64,000 bases of DNA from an uncultured Gammaproteobacteria bacterium (GTDB taxonomy: Bacteria; Patescibacteriota; Patescibacteriia; XYB2-FULL-38-15). Under the pieces are notes generated by a model, which did not search any database, was not told the DNA's origin, and saw only the letters and a program-made list of their open reading frames with translations. The stretch lies in assembly GCA_965231095.1 (NCBI GenBank), contig OZ246416.1, positions 249,228-313,227 of the forward strand. Direction: 5' to 3'. Positions within the stretch are counted from its first letter, which is position 1. Every line of letters starts with the position of its first letter. The translations under genes were made by a program, and so were the position numbers. Positions 1 through 8,305 of this stretch are shown piece after piece.

Positions 1-1
1 T

Positions 2-166
2 CTTGAAGCCGTAAAAGTGACGGTAACAACCGTACCTTCCACCTCAGAAGAACCCATGAGAGCAATAGTATTTGAGGGAAGTGGGAAAATATTTATTTTA
101 GACGATGGTGAGACGGCGGATACAGAATTCGAAGATTTTTATAAAAGTTTCAAACTTACGAACTAG
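2..166 (+). CDS. 3' end of a hypothetical protein (partial, runs off the window)
   Basis: Frame 2 is open from the window start to TAG at 164-166 (LEAVKVTVTT...EFEDFYKSFKLTN*). Confidence 0.5.
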   Translation, partial: LEAVKVTVTTVPSTSEEPMRAIVFEGSGKIFILDDGETADTEFEDFYKSFKLTN

Positions 167-269
167 ATAAAAGTAAATTTGTTTTAATCGGCATAAACCA
201 GGGATGGGAGTTTTGTAATTTGTTTTTGGCGGCTAACGATTTGATTAAAATTTTGATTATTTCAAATAG

Positions 270-1505
270 ATGAAAACCAAAAAAGCGCGGCGGCCGAAGA
301 AAAAAATCCGTAGCGCTAAAAAAATTAAAAAAGCGGGTGGAAAGAAAAAAACAACCAAGCGCGGCGGGAAAAAACTTAAAGCGAAAAAAATCGCCCGGAT
401 AGTTGCGCCAAAAATTCTTCCGCCATCCGATACGGCAATAAAAATCCTCTTGGACAAGGGTCGCATGAGAGGTTTTTTAACTGACTCGGAAATTCTTTTT
501 ACTTTTGCCGATTTGGAAAATTACATTAAAAAATACGAAGAATTTTTAGATAAGATAGATGAGGCTGGCATTTCCATGGTGGAAGTGAAAAGCGATATTT
601 TGGGACGAACCGAAGAAAGAAAAAAACTTTTGTCTGATATTGGCGTGAGTAAAGAAAAAAAACGGCTGGACTTGGGCGATATTTCCACGGATTCAATCCA
701 AATGTATCTTCGCGAAATCGGCAAGGTGCCGCTTTTGACGACTGAAGAGGAAATGGCTTTAGCCCGCCGCAAGGATCAGGGAGATCAGGAAGCGTCGCAA
801 AGATTGATGGTTGCTAATTTGCGTCTTGTTGTTTCTATTGCTAAAAAATTCGTGGGAAAAAATTTGTCTTTGGCTGACTTGATTCAGGAAGGGAATATCG
901 GTTTGATGCGCGCGGTGGAAAAATTTGACCCGAGTAAGGGATATAAATTTTCAACCTATGCTACTTGGTGGATTCGCCAAGCGGTGACACGCGCCCTTGC
1001 GGATCAATCGCGCACCATCAGAATTCCGGTGCATATGGTGGAGACAATTAATCGTTATCAGCAAGTCGCGCGGCAGTTGATTCAGGATTTGGGACGCGAA
1101 CCGTTGCCCGAGGAAATTGCTTCGGAAATGGGCGAGGACGTGGAAAAAATTAGAAATTTAATTCAGATTTCTCAAGATACGGTTTCGCTTGATACTTCTG
1201 TCGGCGACGAAGATGAGGACAGTGTGCTTGAAGATTTCATTGAAGACTTCAAAAATGTTTCTCCGGATCGCGCCGCGGCCTTGCAACTTTTGCGCGAATA
1301 TGTTAAAGAAGCAATTAAGGATCTCTTGCCCCGCGAACAGAAAATTTTGGAAATGCGCTTTGGTTTGTCTGATGGAGTTTCGCATACCTTAGAAGAGGTG
1401 GGCGAGGAATTTGGCGTGACCCGCGAACGCATTCGGCAAATTGAAGCAAAAGCCTTGGAAAAAGTGCAAGGGTTCAAAGGTATTGAAAAGCTGAGGGACT
1501 ACTAG
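270..1505 (+). CDS. rpoD: RNA polymerase primary sigma-70 factor with Lys-rich N-terminal extension
   Basis: Region 1.2 [11 protein letters not shown], region 2 [12 protein letters not shown]...[10 protein letters not shown]...[13 protein letters not shown], region 4 TLEEVG...[14 protein letters not shown]. Confidence 0.97.
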   Translation: MKTKKARRPKKKIRSAKKIKKAGGKKKTTKRGGKKLKAKKIARIVAPKILPPSDTAIKILLDKGRMRGFLTDSEILFTFADLENYIKKYEEFLDKIDEAGISMVEVKSDILGRTEERKKLLSDIGVSKEKKRLDLGDISTDSIQMYLREIGKVPLLTTEEEMALARRKDQGDQEASQRLMVANLRLVVSIAKKFVGKNLSLADLIQEGNIGLMRAVEKFDPSKGYKFSTYATWWIRQAVTRALADQSRTIRIPVHMVETINRYQQVARQLIQDLGREPLPEEIASEMGEDVEKIRNLIQISQDTVSLDTSVGDEDEDSVLEDFIEDFKNVSPDRAAALQLLREYVKEAIKDLLPREQKILEMRFGLSDGVSHTLEEVGEEFGVTRERIRQIEAKALEKVQGFKGIEKLRDY

Positions 1506-1562
1506 GCGGTCGGGCTTGACTTTTGTTTTTTGCGGTGGTAAGTTAGAAAAAATTTACAATAT

Positions 1563-1637
1563 TCGGGGGTAGCTCAGCGGTAGAGCAGCGCGCTGTTAAC
1601 GCGTTGGTCGTGGGTTCGAATCCCACCTCCCGAGCCA
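1563..1637 (+). tRNA. tRNA-Asn (GTT)
   Basis: Cloverleaf with acceptor TCGGGGG/CTCCCGA, D arm GCTC..GAGC, anticodon arm GCGCG-CTGTTAA-CGCGT, T loop GTTCGAATC and encoded CCA. Confidence 0.97.
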
Positions 1638-3236
1638 ATGTGCACGAACAGAGGTCAAAGCCTCTGTTTTTGCTTTGTTCATCGGCCTCTTCGCCGGTTC
1701 TAACCTCAAATATTCTTTTTCCAGGGCGGGATAGCCATTTTTGATAGGCACAAACCAATCGTTCGGTTCAATAATAAGTTTTTCGCCTCTAATTATTGGA
1801 GTTTTTCCAAGTGCTGCCAAAATTTCTTTCTTCAGTTCTAACCCTGCTTTACCCATTTTGTCGGCTCTCAAGAAGGCTACACGTGCGTAGGTCGCGAAAT
1901 TGAAAGTTTTTTCAGTAAGTTCCAACCACTTGTCGGCTCGTGTTTCGGTTTGCCGTAAATTTTCTTTCATTTGGTTAATCTTTCCCTGAAGAGTATTTTT
2001 TTCTCTAACAAAAGTTTCGTCGTCAATAAGTTGGCGGTATCTCATTTTTGTTAGTTCATCCAACTCTTTTTGGGTTTCGGTCAAATTTTTATGTTGCATC
2101 TCATAAACCTTTGTCCGATCTTCAATCTCGTTGTCATTCTTCTTATTTAGCCCTTCCAGCGCCCATTGCAGGAATTCTGGTAGGATAGTATATTTTTCAA
2201 TTTCTTTTTCAATCATAAGCTCCAAGTCGGCCAATGGGATATTTTTTTTCTGGTTACATTTTACTTTTGTCGTTTTCCTTGTGCAGTGATAATAGGTGTG
2301 TTCATGTATCTCGCCAGATTTGAGCAGTTTCTTTTTAGTCTCGGCGGTATAAAGACAGCCACACACACCGCATCGAATTAAACCAGTAAAAGCGAAGTCG
2401 TGAGTCTTCGGCCTCGGTTTGCCTTTTCTCCCAAGGAGCATTTGCACCCGGTCATATTCTTCAAGTGTAATCATCCGTTCGTGTTTGCCTTCGTATTGCG
2501 CGCCGTTGTAGTCTATTACGCCCGTATAGAAGAGATTTGTGAAAATCCGATAAATACCACTTCTCGATAATTCATCGCCGCCCTTCCGCTTAAATTTTCT
2601 TGTCCGAAAGCCCCATTCCTTATTTGCAATATCTAAAATTTTCGGGGGAGTATAATTGCCGGTGAGCATTAAATCCCACATTTTACGAATAATGCTAAAA
2701 CGTTCTGGATCCGTGATTATTATTTTATTTTCTTTGTCGTTAAGATAGCCGAGCGGGGCCACTCCCGTTTGCCAGCCTTTCTCTAATTTGGAAAGCATGC
2801 CGCGTTTCGTATTCTTGCTCAAATCTATGATGTATTGGTTGGCAACGCCGCTTTCAACGCTAAAAAGTAAGACGTTGTCCTCTGGGAGATATTGGCGATC
2901 CATTGTTTGAATTGATTTTAAAACGCCTCTTTGCAAGAGCCAACTTATTTTTCCGCTATCAATCGGATTACGGGAGAGGCGGTTTATTTGCCAGCATAAA
3001 ATTCCGCCTGCTTCGCCATTTTCAATTCGTTGCAGCATTTCGGAGAATAGGGGACGGTTGTCTGGTTTTTTGGCTGATTTAGCCTCGGTATAAACTTTTT
3101 TGATATTTAAATTAAGATCGGTAGCAAGTTTTTTAAGCCGATTGACCTGGTCATCAATAGACTGCACTTGCCGGTCTTCACTTTCCGACGATTTTCTGGC
3201 GTAGATAAAGTATTTAATTAGTTGGTTTGCGGCCAT
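1596..3236 (-). CDS. Large serine recombinase / integrase (resolvase, recombinase, Zn-ribbon and coiled-coil domains)
   Basis: YFIYARKSSE catalytic Ser motif, SAK...RPLF, NRLSRN, APLGY, CGVCG...YYHC Zn ribbon. Likely ATG at 3236 (MAANQL). The C-terminus overlaps the tRNA antisense. Confidence 0.95.
   Translation of the reverse strand: MAANQLIKYFIYARKSSESEDRQVQSIDDQVNRLKKLATDLNLNIKKVYTEAKSAKKPDNRPLFSEMLQRIENGEAGGILCWQINRLSRNPIDSGKISWLLQRGVLKSIQTMDRQYLPEDNVLLFSVESGVANQYIIDLSKNTKRGMLSKLEKGWQTGVAPLGYLNDKENKIIITDPERFSIIRKMWDLMLTGNYTPPKILDIANKEWGFRTRKFKRKGGDELSRSGIYRIFTNLFYTGVIDYNGAQYEGKHERMITLEEYDRVQMLLGRKGKPRPKTHDFAFTGLIRCGVCGCLYTAETKKKLLKSGEIHEHTYYHCTRKTTKVKCNQKKNIPLADLELMIEKEIEKYTILPEFLQWALEGLNKKNDNEIEDRTKVYEMQHKNLTETQKELDELTKMRYRQLIDDETFVREKNTLQGKINQMKENLRQTETRADKWLELTEKTFNFATYARVAFLRADKMGKAGLELKKEILAALGKTPIIRGEKLIIEPNDWFVPIKNGYPALEKEYLRLEPAKRPMNKAKTEALTSVRAHWLGRWDSNPRPTR
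1615..1638 (+). repeat. Left att direct repeat (tRNA 3' end)
   Basis: Identical to 9908-9931. Confidence 0.9.
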
Positions 3237-3256
3237 ATTTTTGTTACAATTTAGCT

Positions 3257-3392
3257 GGGAGAAAGGAAAGGCAGAAGTTTCCCCCTCCGAAACTTTTGAC
3301 CTCAACCCTTTTCTCTTCTTTAAACTCAAAGGGACGGTCTGGTTGACCCAGTCGCTTCTCCGTGAGGATAGGCTTCTGGCAGACCGCCCCTT
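3257..3392 (+). ncRNA. Putative structured small RNA antisense to the integrase leader
   Basis: Two long imperfect hairpins (3259-3315, 3329-3392) with G-U pairs on the + strand and a GTGA (GNRA) loop, preceded by extended -10 TGTTACAAT at 3242-3250. Confidence 0.35.
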
Positions 3393-3457
3393 AAAGGGCA
3401 GAAACCTATAAAAAATCTCACGGATTTGTCTTATGCTGGGTCAACGTTTTTATTATA

Positions 3458-3700
3458 TCACGATTTTCCACCATTTTCCACCATTTTGATCATAACTGAC
3501 AACGATTTCCCACGATTTCCATACTTTTCCAATATTTTAATCGTAATTTTCCCTGATTTTCCACGATTTTTATTCTTCGACCACCAATCATTTTCAATCA
3601 TTTTCAATCATTTTTATTCTCCTCTTTCCCGGCATTTCCGCCATTTTCCGCCATTTTTCCAATATTTTACATTATTTTTCCGCAATTTTCCGCAATTTTT
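3458..3700. repeat. Degenerate ~10-bp-period T-tract repeat array followed by an AT-rich region
   Basis: CAATCATTTT x3 (3585-3614), CCGCCATTTT x2 (3638-3657), CCGCAATTTT x2 (3680-3699) and many variants. Confidence 0.8.
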
Positions 3701-3832
3701 ATTCATTCATTTTGTAAATAGTTACTTCTACCTTATAGGAAATCTATTAAATAACTTTATAGAGTTAAATATAGAAAGTTATTATATATTGTTAACTATA
3801 TAGATACTTAAATAATTAACTATGAGAGATAG

Positions 3833-4174
3833 CTATTTAGAAAATATTTTTTCAATTTCTTCATCCTGGACTCCCATTCTTTTTTGATAATGGCTGTTAG
3901 TCTGCTTATAGTATTCATTCCAAATCTTTGCTTGCAGGGCTTCCCAGAGGCCTTTTTCGGGCATAAAGAATATCGGACGGTATTTTCCACCCGCCGAGGG
4001 ATAAGAAGGGGGAGTGAGCCATAATTTATCACCTTTTAAGTTTGGATATTGCGACTCCATCACTCTGAAACCCTTGACTATAAGATCTCCAAAATCTACG
4101 GAAATTATGGCTTTTAGTTTTTGCCCTTCAAGCACTTTTACTTTAATAGAGATTACGTCTAAATCTACGTTCAT
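3833..4174 (-). CDS. SpoVG-like nucleic-acid-binding protein
   Basis: KAIISVDFGDLIVKGFRVM...LWLTPPS...YRPIFF matches the SpoVG pattern. Confidence 0.65.
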   Translation of the reverse strand: MNVDLDVISIKVKVLEGQKLKAIISVDFGDLIVKGFRVMESQYPNLKGDKLWLTPPSYPSAGGKYRPIFFMPEKGLWEALQAKIWNEYYKQTNSHYQKRMGVQDEEIEKIFSK

Positions 4175-4198
4175 AAATTTGTTTAGTTAATTGTAATA

Positions 4199-4396
4199 TT
4201 ATGTTTTTAAGTCGCCGGTCTCTTTCCGGCGTTCTTGTAGTTTTTTGTATTCCGTCTCGGTCACTGGTTTATAAATCAACTCAACTAATCGGATGAGTTT
4301 TGCACCCTGCTCATACGCTTCCTCTCGGCTGATTTCTTTGCCGAAGTAGTTTTTATAAAGCGTTTGATAAGTTTTAATTTGCTCATCCGATAGCAT
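4199..4396 (-). CDS. Small hypothetical protein typical of CPR islands
   Basis: 65 aa, LSDEQI..YQ.LYK..FG.EIS.EEA; in an operon with its neighbours. Confidence 0.75.
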   Translation of the reverse strand: MLSDEQIKTYQTLYKNYFGKEISREEAYEQGAKLIRLVELIYKPVTETEYKKLQERRKETGDLKT

Positions 4397-4399
4397 AGT

Positions 4400-4696
4400 T
4401 TACTCCGAGTAAATTCGGTTTTTTAACATTTTGATATTATCAAAGAACGTCCTCGCCTTAACTTCTAGGCGGTCTGCCCAGTAATTATCAACGACCTTTT
4501 CAATGCCGATTTCTCGGCGAAAGATAAACTGGACTTTTTTGGGATTGGATTTGTCTAATGAGACAAGCTCAAAACCCGCCGTTGTCAATGAGGCGGCGGC
4601 TCCCAAATCAAAGGTATATAGGTGTTGTGAGTAGTCATCCGCGGGAGCGAATTTATTATCACTCCCCGGTTGACCACCTCTGAGTTTTTTGGTCAT
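4400..4696 (-). CDS. DUF5659-like phage/island protein
   Basis: TFDLGAAASL...GFELVSLDKSNPKKVQFIF pattern. Confidence 0.6.
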   Translation of the reverse strand: MTKKLRGGQPGSDNKFAPADDYSQHLYTFDLGAAASLTTAGFELVSLDKSNPKKVQFIFRREIGIEKVVDNYWADRLEVKARTFFDNIKMLKNRIYSE

Positions 4697-4801
4697 ATAA
4701 TTTTAGTTAGGGTTTTGGCAAATTAAAAAAGCCAAAGTTTTTTATGCTTTGACTTTACCAAAGTGTCAGGTGAGTCAATTACGGCTCAATTGCCTCAAAT
4801 A

Positions 4802-5482
4802 TCAATAATTCCGTTTTATGGTTTTTTCTTGCCAAGTAAATAAATCGTCATTGGTATTTGCTATTTCTTTTATTCGTTTATTAAGGGCGTCCACAGCGTC
4901 ATAAACTATTCGCCAATTCTCTCGGCTGTTTTGAGGTTTGCCATAGTATGCTTCATAATATCCAGTCATTTTTTGATAAATAGATGACCAATCGATTGGT
5001 TCACTTACTCCGTGCTCATACATAGCGCGGCAGAGGTAATGTTCGTTTTTGTATGGTGGGATTTGGCATTTTTGACTGCCAATTTCCAAAATTGCTTTTT
5101 CGTCGTTATATTTTACTCCCAAAGTTTTTAATTCAACCGGTTCGGGGGCTTGTTTGGTAATTTTATTTCTTCTTTCTTGAACGGTGTCTGTAAAAATATA
5201 ATGAAACTCATAAAGTTGATCAAACGCCGGCTGAATTATATCTATGTAAACGTCAGCTCTTAATAGGTCAATGCTATTGGGATCTGTTAGTTTGATAACC
5301 CCGTCTTTGGCTAATTTCCTCAATATACCAATTTCGTCATCGGAAGAGAGCGAATTGTCCCAAATATTGGAAGCGACAAAATAAGGGATATGATTTTCTA
5401 TATCAGCGTATAGTGATCTTTCTTTAATCTTTTTTAAGACGTGCCAAATACTCTCATTGAATTTTTCCTCCGGAAGTGTCAT
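4802..5482 (-). CDS. Hypothetical protein, possible C-terminal winged-helix DNA-binding regulator
   Basis: 226-aa ORF; the C-terminal EHYLC...IDWSSIY...VYDAVDALNKRI segment resembles an OmpR-type wHTH. Confidence 0.6.
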   Translation of the reverse strand: MTLPEEKFNESIWHVLKKIKERSLYADIENHIPYFVASNIWDNSLSSDDEIGILRKLAKDGVIKLTDPNSIDLLRADVYIDIIQPAFDQLYEFHYIFTDTVQERRNKITKQAPEPVELKTLGVKYNDEKAILEIGSQKCQIPPYKNEHYLCRAMYEHGVSEPIDWSSIYQKMTGYYEAYYGKPQNSRENWRIVYDAVDALNKRIKEIANTNDDLFTWQEKTIKRNY

Positions 5483-5595
5483 AGTAATTTATATTATAAT
5501 ATTGCGAAATAACGCATTTCCGATGTAAGATAATATTATCAAACGTTAGGTGTTAAATCAATAACTAGGGGGTCCCTGGTTTGGAGAAAACATTT

Positions 5596-6921
5596 ATGGC
5601 ATTTTATGGAAAAATTATAAAACAAGTCGGGGGAAAATTCTGGCGGCATATTCATAAGGAGACACTTATTCCATATAAGGGCAATATGCCTAGCCGGGAG
5701 AAATTTTTGAAAGATCTTTCAGAGAAGATAGAAAAAATGCAGTATATCCCATCGCCACCTCGTGCTTATATCGTTTCGCATAAACAGAATCTGGTTGTTA
5801 GGTTTATACCTACAATGCAGAGGAGCGATTACTGCATTTATTTTTTTTGTGTTAAATCTCTTGAAAAAGAGATTGCAAAAAATCGTGTGCGGGGCACATA
5901 TGGCGGTTGGAAATTGGGAGGGAAAATTCGAAGAGCAGAGAATGGCGACGATGCACCGTCTACACCAGACGCCAGCTATAACAGATTCGAATGGATGCGC
6001 GCCTGGACAGATTATCAAAAGAGAGCATATGGATTTTATCTAAATGATAAGTTTAAGTATTTTATCGTCTTTGATATTGCAAATTTTTATGACTCGGTAA
6101 GACTTGGAAGGCTTGAAATATTGTTGCGCGAAGCAGCGCAAAAAAATAAAACTTCAGTCGTTAATCTTTTAATATATTTTTTATCGAATTGGGGTAAAAG
6201 GGATTTAAATTACGAAAGGCAAAGCACCGGGTTACCGCAAGACGAGGTCGGAGACTGTTCGAGGATCTTGGCGAATTTTTATTTGCAAGATTATGATAAA
6301 AAAATCTATAAGATTGTTTCGAGAAAAAAGGGTGGTTATCTGAGATATGCGGATGACCAAATTATAGCCGCGCCCAACGAAAAGACGGCAAAAAAAATTA
6401 TGTTTCTCGCTTCGCAAGAACTCGCCAAAATCGGTCTAAATCTAAACGCAAGTAAAGCTAAATTTTTTGAGAATCGAGATGAATTTAGTTATTTTTGGTC
6501 ATTCGATATTTTCAAATTACTCGGAAATAAAAATAACAAAAAAACGATTGAAAGCGCGTATAGTCTTTTTAAAGCAAGGAAGGCTAAGGATATACAATTT
6601 AAATCCGATGCAGTTCTCAAGAGACTTCTAAGTTGCAATCTTCGTTGCATCTCCCGAAATGTTCGCGAAGAGATCCTCGAGATGGTAAATAGAAAAGAAT
6701 TTTTGATTAATGTTAAAGACTATTATCTCAAAAGAATATACGAATTTATGCCCAGAAATAAAAAAAGTATTTTTTTGAAGTATCTAAATAATTTATCAGA
6801 CGAAATCCTTTTTAATGAGTTTCATCTAAGAGTAATGAAATTTTTCCGTGAAAAAAGAATCGACGGGATTTATTCGGATAAGCTACACTCAAATCTATTG
6901 AAACTGAATGATCTCGTGTAA
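5596..6921 (+). CDS. Reverse transcriptase, unclassified UG/Abi (DRT-like) type
   Basis: RT3 FDIANFYDSV, RT4 GLPQDEVGDCSRILANFYL, RT5 YLRYADD, RT6 GLNLNASK, then a ~150-aa helical C-terminal region. ATG at 5596 follows GGAG; alternative TTG start at 5581. Confidence 0.93.
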   Translation: MAFYGKIIKQVGGKFWRHIHKETLIPYKGNMPSREKFLKDLSEKIEKMQYIPSPPRAYIVSHKQNLVVRFIPTMQRSDYCIYFFCVKSLEKEIAKNRVRGTYGGWKLGGKIRRAENGDDAPSTPDASYNRFEWMRAWTDYQKRAYGFYLNDKFKYFIVFDIANFYDSVRLGRLEILLREAAQKNKTSVVNLLIYFLSNWGKRDLNYERQSTGLPQDEVGDCSRILANFYLQDYDKKIYKIVSRKKGGYLRYADDQIIAAPNEKTAKKIMFLASQELAKIGLNLNASKAKFFENRDEFSYFWSFDIFKLLGNKNNKKTIESAYSLFKARKAKDIQFKSDAVLKRLLSCNLRCISRNVREEILEMVNRKEFLINVKDYYLKRIYEFMPRNKKSIFLKYLNNLSDEILFNEFHLRVMKFFREKRIDGIYSDKLHSNLLKLNDLV

Positions 6922-6944
6922 ACGTATCTCGCTGATTAAATAAC

Positions 6945-6973
6945 TTTCCAAAATTAATTAAAAACGCTATTAT
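6945..6973 (+). promoter_or_regulatory. Putative sigma-70 promoter for the structured RNA
   Basis: TTTCCA-17 nt-TATTAT puts the predicted start at about 6980, the first base of the closing stem. Confidence 0.45.
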
Positions 6974-6981
6974 ATAAATAC

Positions 6982-7153
6982 ATCTGCCTAAACCTCGCTC
7001 CCTCCGCGAGGCATGGCAACTAAATCCTACGCGAATAAAGATGGTCTCCTGACCAGCACTTATTCGCGTAGGTCCACGTCCGAAAGGGCGTGGGGCGATT
7101 CCGAAAGGGGTCGTCGCTGTGTTGGGAGACCTTTTTTGTTTCCCTAGGCAGAT
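6982..7153 (+). ncRNA. Putative RT-associated structured non-coding RNA (~172 nt)
   Basis: 9-bp closing stem ATCTGCCTA/TAGGCAGAT, 6-bp hairpin, 13-bp perfect stem, two adjacent GAAA-tetraloop hairpins with G-U pairs, loop-to-3' complementarity (pseudoknot) and a U6 tract. Confidence 0.75.
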
Positions 7154-7174
7154 AACAATTAAAACACACAAAAT

Positions 7175-7867
7175 ATGAAAAAAAATCTTCCAAATTGGCT
7201 TCTTTGGATCGCTGTATTCCCGGGAGCATTAATTTTTGGCTTGCTTATATTGTTTCCCCTGCATTGGATACTTTATATGGCTTTTTCTTACGACGGGACT
7301 TTTTTATTTTTTGAGTTACCCCCAGAAACAAATTTAATTGTCGAGAACGCAATTTATCCTGCTGTTTTTGCTATTGCCTTCATCTTTGCCGGTTATAAAA
7401 TTGCGCCAAAATATAAATTTAAAACAGCGATTGTCCTTTTTGGAATTTACTCTATCGCTTGGCTGACCATGATCGCTATAGTATTTTTTCAACCCGACAT
7501 TTACGGCGAGAATTTGTCTTTTCCATGGAGAGCGGCGCTGTCGTTGGTAGGCGCAATTATAGGCTTATATGTAACAAAACGTTACGGAATAAAGAAAATA
7601 GAAGAGAACCCAGCAGAGGACAAAGAATTGGACGAGATGGTGGAGGACTTCAACAGAGAAGCCGAAGCAGAGGGAAAATTAGCCCCACCGCAGGACGAGG
7701 AAACCACCCAAGTAATATTTCAACCAGGAAAATCGAAAGACCGTGGATTGGACGAAGTGATCGCGGACTTCAACAAGGATATGAAAAAATTGGGCGTAAA
7801 GGTAGTGCCGCCGAAAGACGACGGGGAGATACAAGTAGTATTTCGACAAAATTTCAAAAACAAATAA
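7175..7867 (+). CDS. Membrane protein (about 4 TM) with a duplicated acidic C-terminal motif
   Basis: Hydrophobic N-terminal 135 aa, then LDEMVEDFNRE..PPQDEETTQVIFQ and LDEVIADFNKD..PPKDDGEIQVVFR. Confidence 0.8.
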   Translation: MKKNLPNWLLWIAVFPGALIFGLLILFPLHWILYMAFSYDGTFLFFELPPETNLIVENAIYPAVFAIAFIFAGYKIAPKYKFKTAIVLFGIYSIAWLTMIAIVFFQPDIYGENLSFPWRAALSLVGAIIGLYVTKRYGIKKIEENPAEDKELDEMVEDFNREAEAEGKLAPPQDEETTQVIFQPGKSKDRGLDEVIADFNKDMKKLGVKVVPPKDDGEIQVVFRQNFKNK

Positions 7868-7923
7868 GCCAACCTCAAAATAATAAGTTAATAATATTTA
7901 TAATTTTAACTATAACCTAAACT

Positions 7924-8262
7924 ATGCCTAAAATCATCATCACGTTACTCCTCCCAATGTTACTTTTGGGTGCGGGTTGCGGAGCTGCGACATCTGGAGG
8001 CGGGGAAATTAAAATCACAAATACCGCCGAGAAGCCCGCTCCCGCGCAAAATCTTTATAACCTCGACACCGCCGATTCCGAGAATGTAGATGACTGCGTA
8101 ATCAAGGGTAACATCTCGTCGTCTGGAGAAAAAATATATCACTTGCCAGGATGCGGATCATATAGCCGAACCGTGATTGACGAAAGTGCCGGCGAGGAAT
8201 GGTTTTGTTCAGAAGATGATGCTGAGGCGGCAGGTTGGAGAAAGGCAAAAAATTGTCCTTAA
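7924..8262 (+). CDS. Lipoprotein with a C-terminal Ada-like/nuclease-associated metal-binding domain
   Basis: Lipobox LGAGC; [19 protein letters not shown]...WFCSE..A.AAGWR. Confidence 0.8.
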   Translation: MPKIIITLLLPMLLLGAGCGAATSGGGEIKITNTAEKPAPAQNLYNLDTADSENVDDCVIKGNISSSGEKIYHLPGCGSYSRTVIDESAGEEWFCSEDDAEAAGWRKAKNCP

Positions 8263-8305
8263 TCTGGCGATCTAAGAAAATTTATTTTTAAAAACTAATT
8301 AATTT

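Noticed and set aside
3426-3803. 125-aa Phe-rich ORF on the + strand
   Set aside because: TTG start with no SD; the low-complexity translation is a by-product of the T-tract array.
6985-7030. HDV-like (theta) ribozyme suggested by CGC-TCCCTCC-GCG-AGGCAT-GG-CAA-CTAA
   Set aside because: P1 would be only 5 bp with no G1, and no P2 partner follows the CTAA, so the double pseudoknot cannot be completed.
7041-7059. Similarity of GTCTCCTGAC in the RT-adjacent RNA to GTCGTCCTGAC in the 132-nt repeat
   Set aside because: Only ~10 nt with a gap; too short to link the RT to the cassette repeats without more copies.
5596-7153. Classical retron, group II intron or DGR interpretation of the RT locus
   Set aside because: No NAxxH or VTG retron motifs, and the RNA is downstream rather than upstream. 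No intron domain V or domain X is visible. No TR/VR pair with adenine-specific differences and no avd gene were seen in the window.
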